From positions 30,864,388 through 30,928,387 of the forward strand of contig NC_092670.1 in the NCBI RefSeq assembly GCF_964355755.1: a stretch of 64,000 nucleotides of DNA, given 5' to 3'. This DNA is from Antedon mediterranea. Its lineage: Eukaryota; Animalia; Echinodermata. Below are positions 26,601 through 37,814 of this stretch, in pieces. The notes below the pieces were generated by a model. The model ran no database searches. It saw nothing but the letters and a program-made list of their open reading frames with translations, and was not told the DNA's origin. The first letter of the stretch is position 1; every line of letters starts with the position of its first letter. Made by a program: the position numbers and the translations under genes.

Positions 26601-29600
26601 GAGAAGACTTCTTTGGTTAGGGGCAATAGAAAGTTGTTTTAAGTTTGCTGGTTAAAACGTTTATAATTTATATAGGGTGAAACAATTTTTTTTGGGGGCG
26701 TTTTTTTTGTGGGGGAGGGGGAGGGGGATTTAGTACTAGCCATTCACCCGCAACTAACTTTATTGATGGTATTTTTTTGTAGCCTACGGATTAAATAAAC
26801 TGAGTACGCCTACATAGGCTACAACTATATACAGTCGGGTCACCAGTATGGTCTAATCTCTCATATAAAAACATACATTGTTACACTTTGTTACGGCGTG
26901 TAACGTCACTAGTTCTGAGAATTACGTACCATCCATACCTTGAAAGTCAATTACATTGACTCAAATGTAATATATTGTTTGGCCCTAATGTAAAGAGAAA
27001 ATATCGATGCTGTATGTATATTAAACTCATCATACTTTGCTATAGGTATACTGTAGTAAGTACGATTATTTTAATGTCATAATGCTTTTTCCAGTTCCTA
27101 CTAAGTGACATAATCTAAAAATGACAATTAAAAAACAATCATTACAAAAATTGTGTTCATGAGACATTTTAAAATGAATTAGCTCTGGGTATACAGTACA
27201 ATGTATAACTCGATTATGTAAATGACTAAAATATCATGCGCACGCAGACATATAATGTAGAAAACTGATTTATTTGTGAAATCTGTCGATCCAGAACTCA
27301 TCAATTGCTTAGAGAGTTAGAGCTGTAGGTGCCACACAGCCTCGTGCATTTTGAAATATTGGATCTACTCATCCGCTTTCGTCTACTAGATAAGCATATA
27401 AATATGAAATGAACAGATTATGATTAGGATATCGTAGCCCCGATCGAGGAGAGCGGCGCCGGAGATCTGGAAGCCGTGCACTAGTAGATGAAAGATTTTT
27501 CCGGGTGTTTTTTAAACTACTTTAAACTCTAATTTACATCCGTCGTAAATTTATAGGCCGTGGTAATGAACCTGTTTACTGTATGAAGTAAGTGCAATTG
27601 AAAGTGGTTCGGTTTGTACATTTGTACTGAGTCGTATATATTTATGCAGCAAATGTAAAAAGCCCGTGACTCATTCTAACTGTGTAAAGACTCAAATTAA
27701 TGATGCAGAATGTTGTAGAAAGATAGTGGATTTAGTTGTGCGTGTTGAAGATAATAAAAGTCAGTTTAAAATAGACATAAACTAAAAAACAAATATTTAC
27801 AATTTTCTCAATTTGTAAACATAAACGTTAGGCTATTACTTTAATAGGCCTATATATTCAAAACTATAAACTCCGTCGTGATATTTGGGTAATTAAAATG
27901 ATTATTGCATTCAGTTTAGTAATTTATATTCATCGTATTTTTATTACTAATATTCATCGTATTTTTATTACTAAATGTAATTGTGATAATACGTTGAAGG
28001 TGTATGGAGGAGTAGACAGTAGTATGCTGTAATATTCGTATTCGTATATAGGCGGCCATTGGGGTCGTAAATATTAATCACGTTGGCCATAAATCATAGT
28101 TATGTTTAAATATCCTTCATTGTTTATTTAACTTACGTAAATAGTGTCGTTAACAAACATTCATGATTCACTATCTTGTAATTAAATACAATATTGTAAA
28201 AATGATCTTTATCACGTAGGCCTAATATTTTCAAACTTCAATTGGGAGCTATACAACAATTAACTCTATGCTTACGGGTTGTTTATTTTTCGCATCCTGC
28301 CATAATGTACTTTGCTAGTGGGTACCTACTATAGCTACGTGATGACATTTGTAATTTTCGTTTTTTGTGTAAGAATAATTATGCATAGTCTGTTTTGAAA
28401 ACATAAAAATATTAAAGCAATACTGTAATTATCACCGTCAAAACAGACTTATATGCGAAGTACAGAAACACACGTTGTAAACAACAATGAATCGATTATT
28501 TTAGTTAAAACATCACTTTGTAAAAAAATATTAATCACGATTGGAATGTTTTACCATTTTAAAGCATTAATGACACTGTAATGAGTGTTGTATGTTAATG
28601 AATAGATATTACTTGAATTAGATTAGAAATCTTAGGAGACCGTTCTGTTCTGTTAAGAAACTAAACTACGCCCTGATAGTACAAGTACCTGGAAAGGACG
28701 CCGACTTTATTCCTGAAAGCAATAATTAAGAAGCCAGACAGACAACGCGACGTCAGTCATACTCATCACAATTCTATTAAACTTTAATATATACAATAGT
28801 TATTAGATTGTTTGTGCTGTTTAGACGACGGATAATGCAAAGTTGCCAGGGTATAGTCAACAGCAGGTCAATGACACGGATAAATCGGAAGTCGGTTTAG
28901 CTTGGAGTGGCTCGAGTTCAATTGCTAACTACCTTGGAATTACATTAATGCACTGATATATTTAAACGGCTTTCGTAACCTGATGATGATGTATACCTAA
29001 TACGGTATTCGATTTTAATTAAGTTTACTAAACTTCTAATTGACCACAGTATTAATCTTATGGCGTTACAGTCACTTGTAATTCTGTGTCCACACGCGCA
29101 TTAAAATGTCGTTATGCTACGTGTAAAAATATGTCTACACGTAAACTATTGTGATTTTCCAGTTGTGTGAAAACACGTTTAATACCGTTGAACTACGAAA
29201 ATAAACCATCTGAACTAAGATTAAATAAGTAAGAACGTTTACACGCGTATAAACACATGATCCGCCGACCGGTCTTCAACATTTGATTTTACATCACTAC
29301 CAATGCGTAGGCCACTGTAGTACTGAGAGATTCTAGCAAAGTTGGTTCTTGAACAAAATATAAACATAGGCCATATAGCAACAGATAAGATTTACAATCT
29401 GAATTCGAATTCTTGGCAATCAAATATGTCGTAAGTCATTGCTTCAATCTCACTTATATAAATAAAGTAAACTAATACAAAATAAGATAAACAGTGCTTA
29501 AATTAACACAGGGATATCAATACCTCATGAGAATTATAACGGTATCAAAATTACACGAGAGAGTTTATTGTAACGCGATTATTGTCTCCAGTCTACACGG

Positions 29601-32600
29601 GTGAACGTCATGAATTTAGAACGTTCACAAATCCAGGAGCTAAATATTGTCCTTTTATTTAGCTTTAAAGTTTAATTAATTCACAATTTCTATTATTTGT
29701 ATGTCCTATATCGGTAATAAATTAAGGAATTATAGTTTATAGCCTAAGTCAAGTAATTCCATTATTATATTTATATTATATAGATACATCGATACTTATT
29801 AGTTCTACTAATTTAGCTACATTATCCATATAGGTATTGGTAAGTTAAAAGACCAGAGAAAAGACTACACCAATTAGATAGGCCAATATCAACTGATTTA
29901 TTAGTGTCTCCCAGACTTTTGTTTCTGTACATGGGTTCATACATACGGTAGTTAAAAGCTGGATTTGGTGTGTTGTCGGCGGTGGTATCAATGCCCGAAT
30001 TAATTCGACGAAAAGCGTAGGGCCTACATTACAACTGAAGTCACTAAATAGATTAGCTAACAAAAACAACATGTCCCGGCGTATCGCCAAGACCATTCAT
30101 TAGACTAAAGGCCGATTATAATGTCTACTACTGTATTGTCTAATTTTACCTCATTATCATCAAAAGGCTGTGTGTGGACAGGTCAATAATGATCTAAACA
30201 GTCATTATCGTTATACAGAAAACGACTAATCGATCATAATCAGCCACAAAAGACTAAAGCTCTGTCTACAGTACACTATCAAACTTTATGGATGTAACAC
30301 AAAATGTGATGTGCCCATATTCAATTCAATTCACATTTATTTAGTTATCGTATTAGAATTACAATTTCAGTATCATAACTTATGGCAAGGATCCTGCATA
30401 AAGAAGTTTACAATGGACATGATGATGTCATATCACTACCATATTTGGTTATATCACTACCATATTTCGACACATCACGCTTTTTTTTGTCTAACTTTTT
30501 TGTCTAACTGTAGACATAGCTTAATACAAATTAAAGTAAGACTCGATAATATATTGTAAATGAAACACCAACGCAAGCACAAGTGACAGAGGGGTGTAAC
30601 AAGGTATTATCAGATCCTTACTTATGATTTTTACATAATTTGGCCAATGTTTTTTTTGTCCATCCATCAATAGTACGGCCTCGGGCCGAAGGACGCTAGA
30701 GGTCCAGCAAAAATGTTTGTGTTTAAAGTTCTGGATTTCTCATTTTCTTTTTCTTGGTATGTTGGTTTTCATTACGACTATTCATACTTGCTTGATACTT
30801 GCTTGATGTTATGGGTCGGTTAGAAAGCTAAATATAGCTTATATGACCCTTCTTGTCTTCGTATGACTCCGGGCTCCGGGTACACATAATGTTCCAAAGT
30901 GATTATAAATATGAAAAGGTAAACTTGCAGTCAAGGGACTTCCAATGACCATTGAGGAGTGACTTGAACAGATTTAAATTTGGAGCATTTACAACATTAG
31001 ATGGCAAGTTATTCCATGAGTCCACAACTCTACAACTGAAGGAAAACTTCCTGGAATTAAGCCTAAACTTGTTTTTATATAGCTTGTATTCATGACCTCT
31101 AGTTCCATGACAATCAACAAATGTAAAAAACTTTCTGCATTCAATAGCGTCAAGACCATTTATAATTCTGAAGATTTGGATCATATCCGCTCTTAATCGT
31201 CTGTACTCCAGTGTAGGTAAACCCAAAAACTTCAATCTATACGGATATGCCAAATGTTTTATTTCTGACAATGATTTGGTAGCTCTTCGTTGAACCGACT
31301 CGATTTTCTTAATCAGTCCAATTTGATGAGGTGCCCAGACACAACAGTTAAATTCCAAGATAGGGCGGACTAAAGATTTGTATAGACTAAGAAACATATC
31401 CTTATCATTGTAACAAAAAGTCCTTTTGATGAGACCCACTATTTTATTTGCCTTAGCAACACAGCAATTTATATGATAATCAAAATTCAATTTATGATCA
31501 AAGTATACTCCGAGATCCTTTTCTATAGCAGTCTCTTCAATTTTAACTTTATCTTGTACATTTACAAAATACTCATTCTTCTCATTTGTTTTCCCTATAT
31601 ACAACATCTTGCACTTGTTGGCATTGAAAGGTAGTTGCCATCTGGTCGACCAATTAAACATATTATCAAGTGAGATCTGCAATTTTTCTTTGGATTCCCC
31701 ATAATCATAAACTTTAGTATCATCAGCGAACATCTTAACTTCTGATACTGCAACTTCAGGCAAGTCATTGATAAAGAGTAAGAATAAAATCGGACCAAGC
31801 ACACTTCCTTGCGGAACACCACTTATCACATCCGACCATTTCGACAGAGTCCCATTTAACATTACTCGTTGTCTTCTACCTTTTAAGAAGTCTTGAATCC
31901 AATTATAGACGTTACCGGAGATACCATAAGCTTCAACCTTCCTTAACAGTCTCATATGAGGTACAGAATCGAAGGCCTTTTGGAAGTCCAAATATGCCAC
32001 ATCAATATCACGCCCTTCATCTAAAAGCTTAGACCAATGTTCTACTATCTCTAATAGTTGAGTTGTTGTGGATCTACCGGACCTAAAGCCATGTTGATGT
32101 TCCGATAATAAGTTATTGTTGACAAAATGCTTAATTAAAGAATCTCTAATAATACTTTCCATAACTTTACAACAAACAGCAGTCAAGCTAACAGGCCGAT
32201 AATTATTTACTTCCACCCTGCTTCCTTTTTTAAAAATAGGTACAATATGAGCTTCTTTCCAATTCCGAGGAACAATACCTTCTTTCAATGAATTAGAAAA
32301 AATTTTACTTAGCGGCTCAGAAATATAAGCTCTGCACTCTCTTAAAATCATAGGGTGAATACCATCAGGTCCTGGGCTCTTAGTCACATTTAACTTCTTT
32401 AAATATTTTTCAACAATTTGGGGTGATATTTCAACTTCAGAACAAACTGTATCAAAAACTCTTCTTTGAAACTCTGGTACGTTATCAATATCTTCCCTTA
32501 CAAAAACTGTAGAGAAAAAAGTATTAAGTATCTCAGTCTTGGACTGATCATCACTGTGTGCCACATTGTTCTCATCTTTCAGGGATGGTAGTCTCGCTTT

Positions 32601-35600
32601 AACCTTGGTTTTGGAGTTTACATATCGCCAGAATGATTTGGGTTTCTGTTTTATTTCTGAAGCAATCATTTTTTCAAAGTTCCAAATGGCCTTCCTTTTC
32701 ATGGATGTTACTTTATTTCTAGCATCTTTAAATTTTGCTTTATTAGATCTGCTTGGACAATGGTTATACCTAAACCATGCTTTTCTTTTAAGCTTTATCA
32801 TTTTCTTCATACCCTTGTTTATCCAAAGAGGCTCTTTGACCTTACTGTTGTCCCCCTTTTTTGCCTTGGGAATGTGCCGTCCACTAGTTTCTGCAATAAT
32901 TTCACTAAACAAATTCCAACACTCTTCTGTTCCACCATTTTCAAATTTCCCCTCCCAATCAATCTTTTTTAGTTCTTCATTTATTTGAACATAATCACCG
33001 TAATGATAATTTGGTTTTAACAAGATATTGTCTTGCGACTCAATGTAACAATCAAATTTAAATGTTAATACTGCGTGATCGCTTTTACCGAGTGGTGCAC
33101 TGTAACAAATGTCATCGATCATGTCCTCTTCATTTGTAAAAACCAAGTCTAAAAGACTAGGATTCTGTCCATCTCTAAATCTAGTTGCTTGTGTTACATG
33201 TTGAAAGTAAAAATGATCCTGAACCCAGTTCATAAAATTTGTTCCATCATGACTATCAGAGTATCCTGATGCTTGATTAATCCAATCAATGCTACCAAAA
33301 TTAAAATCACCAGTTATTAATAAATGTGAAAAGTTAATGCAGCATATATTACTCAATTTATCCAAAAATAAAACGTTCTGCTCCTGACTATTACTAGGGC
33401 TCCTATACGCACAAACTAAAAGTAAGGAATCATTGTTTTTCAATGAAAGTTTCACATAAATAATATCTCCAATATCTCCACTGGATGATTCTGTCACATA
33501 TCCACATAAATCTTCTTTTAAATATATGGCAACACCTCTACCGTCAAAATTTGTGGAAAAAAATACTTGATATCCATCCAATTTTAAATCAATCTCCTGT
33601 ATTAAATTCTTCTTACTTGGATTCTTTGGGAATATCTCAGTCAACATAATTATACTTGGTTTATTAATTGAAATCAAAATCTCCATCTCATTCTTTTTAC
33701 TTAAAAACGAGTCAACGTTAGAATATAAGACCTTAATAGAATTTTTTTCAAAACAGTTAGGGTCTCTTGCACCATCAAATAAATTACTTCTAAAATTAAT
33801 GTTTTCTTCTTCCATTGTATAATTTGCATTTACAGGATCAGCGAAAATTTTCTTGGGGTCTTTGTATAATTTTACCCCTGGAGATAAATAGATTAGGTTC
33901 ACCTGCACTAATTCGCTCCTGCAACTCTACTCTCAGCTTTCTATTGGTTTCTCTTTGTTGGAATGTTAAATCCGGTGAAATATATACATTGTTTTCCCAT
34001 CCTTCTAGTTTCTTAAGATTTTTAGCTCTTGACAGAATTTCTCTTTTAGTTGCTATTTCCTTACACCACACTCTTATCATTCTTGACCTTCTGATATTTT
34101 TATTTTGACCAGACACGTCCTTGGGTGTTATTCTTGAAATATGCATTTCGCTTGGTTGAAGTCTTAATTTATCAAGAATACAATTTATTTTATCCTGGTC
34201 ATGACTAGATTTTTCCTCTTGGGAAACACCAACTGGAGCCTCAGGGACTCCTTTAAAGATCAAATTATTAACTCTCTTATCCCTTTCTCGATGTTCACGC
34301 ACCACAATCTGGACCTTCTCCTCAATTAATTTTTCTATTTCAACTTTTCTAACTTCTTCTTTTTTATTAATAATATCAACTGCAGAAGCCAAGCTATCCA
34401 ATTTGAGCATTATTGTTGATAGCGCTTTCCTAACACCAGACAATCCAGTTCCCAAAGATTCTTTGCTAGGGCTAGGCCTACCCAGGCCCATCTGTGCTTC
34501 CACACATCCATCACACATCCAGATTAGATTTTTATTTCCCTTTTGTAAAACATTGTATTCTTTAGTGGACATCGACTTTGTACAGCTTAAATGGACCCAA
34601 ACATTACAGCTTTCACACATTAATGCTTTGTCCCCTTCATTTACCGCGTCTTCACACGTTCTACATTTTACCTTATTAGGCACACTTTCGTTACTGCTGG
34701 CATCGGCCGAAACACCTGCATCAGGCAGAAGAGAAGCCTCGTTGGACCTTTTTTTATTCATATTTAGATATTCATTACGCTTTACACTAAAAAGCCTTGG
34801 CGAAACATAACTCAACCATGGAGAAATTGCAGCTAAAAACTGTTTAAAAACCCGTGTATAGGATATTACGACCGAATCAGAATCAATTAAAACCGTCCGT
34901 TATATTGGTGTTTTCTTCTCTGTTGGAAAAGAAAACATCATTTATTCAAAATAACGATTATCCTCTTACTCATAGAAACGATCCCAGTACTTATCTCAAT
35001 AAGTGTAATGAGCAGTCTTTACATAATAAATACATTATGCCTAAACATACAATATAATTGTAGTTTGGGAAATATGTGAAAACTGTTCGCAAGATTATCA
35101 TAAATTAGTAATTTAGATCAATTAAAGTTAGACAGAATTATGTCTTCAATGAACGCTAAATGAGGAAAGTAGACAAGAAGTGACCAGCTGTGTAATTGAT
35201 AATAAGTTAATTTGGTTGGTTAGAATTTGGGAAGGGGTTTTCCTTCAAATTCTATTGGTCAGTGGCAGGCGTCTACTGTACTTAGGAAACAAACTCACGT
35301 ATCATTTTCCCCCAACAACTGTTTTTTGTAGGCCTACTTTAATGTAAGTTATCTTTGAGGGTTATAATGTCCCTTGGGTGGGGAGCGTGTCGCTAGATTC
35401 TCGGATGCTTCCCAAATTATACAATAATCCTTGCCGCCTAGATTTTAATCAATTTTGATAAGCGACATTTAATGGAGAAACATGTTCTTTAAATGAGAAT
35501 GCCATTGATGAATCATGACATGACAAGGTTAGCTTCTTGTTCAAGATGAGTCCATTAACGTTAAGATATCCGCTAATTATCGCCAATGTTAAAGCACGGC

Positions 35601-37410
35601 CAAGCTGGCAACCTTTCCAACATATTGTACTTTTTTATTCGTTTGTGCTGATTATCATACTATATTGCACGGTTCGCAAAAACGTTGTGCCCAAAGGTTT
35701 TCAAAGAAATGAAACTTACGGTACCGGTAACTTCTCGTTTCTCAATCAACTTTATACCTTCCAAAAATATATATAAAAATGTAGGCCTATTCCTTCAATA
35801 ATGAAAACATAAACTAAAAAATCTTTCAATCGTTGTGTTAATGTGCCAGGTTATTACAATCACTTACATTTGAATGATTATTAATTAAGATAATCTATAA
35901 CCATCTTCGGATATTCTCTGGTTCTATTACTGTATACTGGTAGTCCACTAACAAAGAATTTAACATTAATTATTTCGTCCTTTTGAAAGAACGTCAAGCC
36001 GTAAATCCCGTGTGGTTGGAAGCAGTTCACTTATCATACCGTCGATTAATTTACTTTTGGTTAATTACCATGCAGATAGAAGTTGGTGGATTTTATAATC
36101 GTTGATGTCGACGATTAAAATGCCAAGCTAAATTTGTAAAACAAACTAAACCCACGACATTAAGGAAACCAGGCGCCATCATCAGTAACTAGTTGTAATG
36201 CTTTCTCTTATCATGGAAAGTTGATTTTGTTACAATTTAAAAAAATAGGCTTAATTATGGTAGAATTATTTTTACTCTTACTATAAACCTACTAGAACAC
36301 AGAAACTTATGAACATAATACCCATATTTTGAATCGAATCAGGGAAGAGTTTATTCTATTAGAATCAGTTAAAAACAATATGAACAACCTAAATTAGGAA
36401 TGATTATTTGGTATCTGGTTTACTGAATACAACATAGCTTAAAACAAGGGTATACACCCGAATGAAGATATGGACACTTGTTCAAAGAATTGTTTTAGCT
36501 TTTAATTTAAGAAGTTTATAAAAAGTCAATTGATTTCTGATGGAGATCGAAACGTTCGAGTAATACTCTGTTTTTTACACTTATAGCTCTTTTTAAAAAG
36601 GAAATTGTATTGTTTATGATGGAAACATGTTCGACGTTTCATTTATCTATTCGATCATACAAGAATCTGAAATTTACATAATAGTTTTATCGAAAAGATA
36701 ATTATACTTTAGCAAATTATTTGGGCGTAATGTTATTACTAGGGCTGGTTATTACAAGGGAGAATAATACAAAATAAACAGTTTAAACAAATAAACCAAT
36801 TACTAGTACTTAATTAATGAAATAATTGAGGTTTGCTAAGTGTTGACTTTATCTATAATCAGTATACAGTCACAATTAGTTGTTTATTTAACTTCTAACA
36901 ATTGATTAGATTGCATAATGGTGGTGTGGCACCAAAATACATTGGCATGAGGTTATACCCTTCAAATATAAAATCTACTACACAAAGTTGAAAAGGATCT
37001 CATGTATAATAGCCCTCGCCATGCCCATGGTGTTCGTAAAAACTGGCATGGTAAATAAATAAAGCGACTCATGTTTGTATAGCCAAGCTTGTAAGGATGG
37101 GTCGCTTTTATTATAAACAAACTGAAACGTAGAGTGTATAACTTTATAATTTAGATCATAAATTGTTGTTGGTGACAATATAATTTGACATATTGAAATC
37201 TAAGTTAAAATAATGTCATGTAGTTAGCAGGCTTCAAAAGTAAAAGATATACCAACATAATAGAAGCATAGAGGGATTTTTTACCTCCGTGATAGAAGTA
37301 AAATAAGTAGGCCTATGCACATCAATTATTAAAAACTCACCTTCAACTTTTGCGATGATGAGGGAAAGTAGCGATAGAACTGCAAACTCCCAAGGTATAT
37401 GTAAAATCAT
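14639..37410 (-). CDS. BAMBI: BMP and activin membrane-bound inhibitor (BAMBI), complete 3-exon gene
   Basis: Exon 1 37410-37341 (MILHIPWEFAVLSLLSLIIAKVE-G, signal-peptide-like, GTGAGT donor, phase 1). Exon 2 21192-20908 (GEIHCYCNAPSCVGYSYMCKS..THGC..CCTSDMCNY, the BAMBI ectodomain). Exon 3 15045-14639 (VWFRAAVIAVPIGGACILFILILLAARML transmembrane signature, short tail, no kinase domain, TGA). All phases match. Confidence 0.95.
30258..30521. mobile_element. MITE (PIF/Harbinger-like, TAA TSD), interrupted by a ~90-bp insertion
   Basis: Ends AGCTCTGTCTACA..TGTAGACATAGCT flanked by TAA on both sides; same family as 43218-43355; insert at ~30321-30411 starts with (TCAAT)n. Confidence 0.75.
30903..33815 (-). 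CDS. LINE ORF2: APE endonuclease plus reverse transcriptase
   Basis: Open frame from 33908, first ATG at 33815. APE motifs YSNVDS, LTE, YRSP, GDFN, LDLVFTN, SDH. RT motifs KSPGPDGIHP, NYRPVSLT, QHGFR, YLDFQKAFDSVPH, GVPQGSVLGPILF, FADD, KDLGV. CR1-like C-terminus TRGHEYKL..FSCRVVDSWNNLP. Confidence 0.95.
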   Translation of the reverse strand: MEEENINFRSNLFDGARDPNCFEKNSIKVLYSNVDSFLSKKNEMEILISINKPSIIMLTEIFPKNPSKKNLIQEIDLKLDGYQVFFSTNFDGRGVAIYLKEDLCGYVTESSSGDIGDIIYVKLSLKNNDSLLLVCAYRSPSNSQEQNVLFLDKLSNICCINFSHLLITGDFNFGSIDWINQASGYSDSHDGTNFMNWVQDHFYFQHVTQATRFRDGQNPSLLDLVFTNEEDMIDDICYSAPLGKSDHAVLTFKFDCYIESQDNILLKPNYHYGDYVQINEELKKIDWEGKFENGGTEECWNLFSEIIAETSGRHIPKAKKGDNSKVKEPLWINKGMKKMIKLKRKAWFRYNHCPSRSNKAKFKDARNKVTSMKRKAIWNFEKMIASEIKQKPKSFWRYVNSKTKVKARLPSLKDENNVAHSDDQSKTEILNTFFSTVFVREDIDNVPEFQRRVFDTVCSEVEISPQIVEKYLKKLNVTKSPGPDGIHPMILRECRAYISEPLSKIFSNSLKEGIVPRNWKEAHIVPIFKKGSRVEVNNYRPVSLTAVCCKVMESIIRDSLIKHFVNNNLLSEHQHGFRSGRSTTTQLLEIVEHWSKLLDEGRDIDVAYLDFQKAFDSVPHMRLLRKVEAYGISGNVYNWIQDFLKGRRQRVMLNGTLSKWSDVISGVPQGSVLGPILFLLFINDLPEVAVSEVKMFADDTKVYDYGESKEKLQISLDNMFNWSTRWQLPFNANKCKMLYIGKTNEKNEYFVNVQDKVKIEETAIEKDLGVYFDHKLNFDYHINCCVAKANKIVGLIKRTFCYNDKDMFLSLYKSLVRPILEFNCCVWAPHQIGLIKKIESVQRRATKSLSEIKHLAYPYRLKFLGLPTLEYRRLRADMIQIFRIINGLDAIECRKFFTFVDCHGTRGHEYKLYKNKFRLNSRKFSFSCRVVDSWNNLPSNVVNAPNLNLFKSLLNGHWKSLDCKFTFSYL
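33838..34761 (-). CDS. LINE ORF1 with PHD finger and coiled coil
   Basis: CRTC..CESC..HLSC..WMCDGC (C4HC3 PHD), heptad-rich region, NLIFKGVPE and VYISPDLT motifs typical of CR1/L2 ORF1; first in-frame ATG at 34761. Confidence 0.9.
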   Translation of the reverse strand: MNKKRSNEASLLPDAGVSADASSNESVPNKVKCRTCEDAVNEGDKALMCESCNVWVHLSCTKSMSTKEYNVLQKGNKNLIWMCDGCVEAQMGLGRPSPSKESLGTGLSGVRKALSTIMLKLDSLASAVDIINKKEEVRKVEIEKLIEEKVQIVVREHRERDKRVNNLIFKGVPEAPVGVSQEEKSSHDQDKINCILDKLRLQPSEMHISRITPKDVSGQNKNIRRSRMIRVWCKEIATKREILSRAKNLKKLEGWENNVYISPDLTFQQRETNRKLRVELQERISAGEPNLFISRGKIIQRPQENFR

Positions 37411-37797
37411 ATTGAAGTCTCAACCAACGTCAACGATCAATGCTGTAAAGTTTTCAAAATTAAATCACTGAATAAAGAAGAGTCTACAAAATAGTGTTTT
37501 TAATTCCACGTCAAACACACACTGAGCTTCACTTCCTGTTACAACTTAATTTGGTTGAGTATACCGAGACAGAATGCCTGCTTAATATCCTTTTACAATC
37601 AGGCAACTGATGTTGATAAAAAATGTTCTCTCTGCCATAAACAGTAGGCAATTGGTGGTCCTTACTGGGAGCACTTAAGTACACTCACTAAACGGCTGAC
37701 TGACTTTGCTTGACTGTGTACAGTTCAGTAGTATTGGGTAGGCGGAGATAAAGGCGGGTCTTAGCAGCGTAGGCTAATTAGTAGGTAAATAGCGGCG

Positions 37798-37814
37798 GGC
37801 GCCGGCTAGGCGCC
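37798..37814. promoter_or_regulatory. Candidate BMP-response element (paired GGCGCC Smad1/5 sites) in the BAMBI promoter
   Basis: GGCGCC-GGCTA-GGCGCC about 390 bp upstream of the BAMBI ATG, within a local GC-rich patch (37740-37815). Confidence 0.65.

Larger units (their letters stand above)
30783..34900 (-). mobile_element. Near full-length CR1-clade LINE in BAMBI intron 1 (5' boundary approximate)
   Basis: Two intact ORFs; 3' UTR stem-loop (GGGTC 30813-30817 / GACCC 30845-30849 with inner AAGCTA/TAGCTT); tandem tail (ATCAAGCAAGT)2 on the minus strand at ~30785-30808; no TSD identified. Confidence 0.9.

Noticed and set aside
15158-30096. Numerous 60-105 aa ORFs inside BAMBI introns as nested genes
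   Set aside because: No domains, splice-consistent chains or coding-like composition, apart from BAMBI exon 2; expected by chance in AT-rich DNA.
32566-34810. Plus-strand ORFs of 140, 70, 97 and 135 aa overlapping the LINE
   Set aside because: Antisense shadows of the long LINE ORFs with no recognisable motifs.
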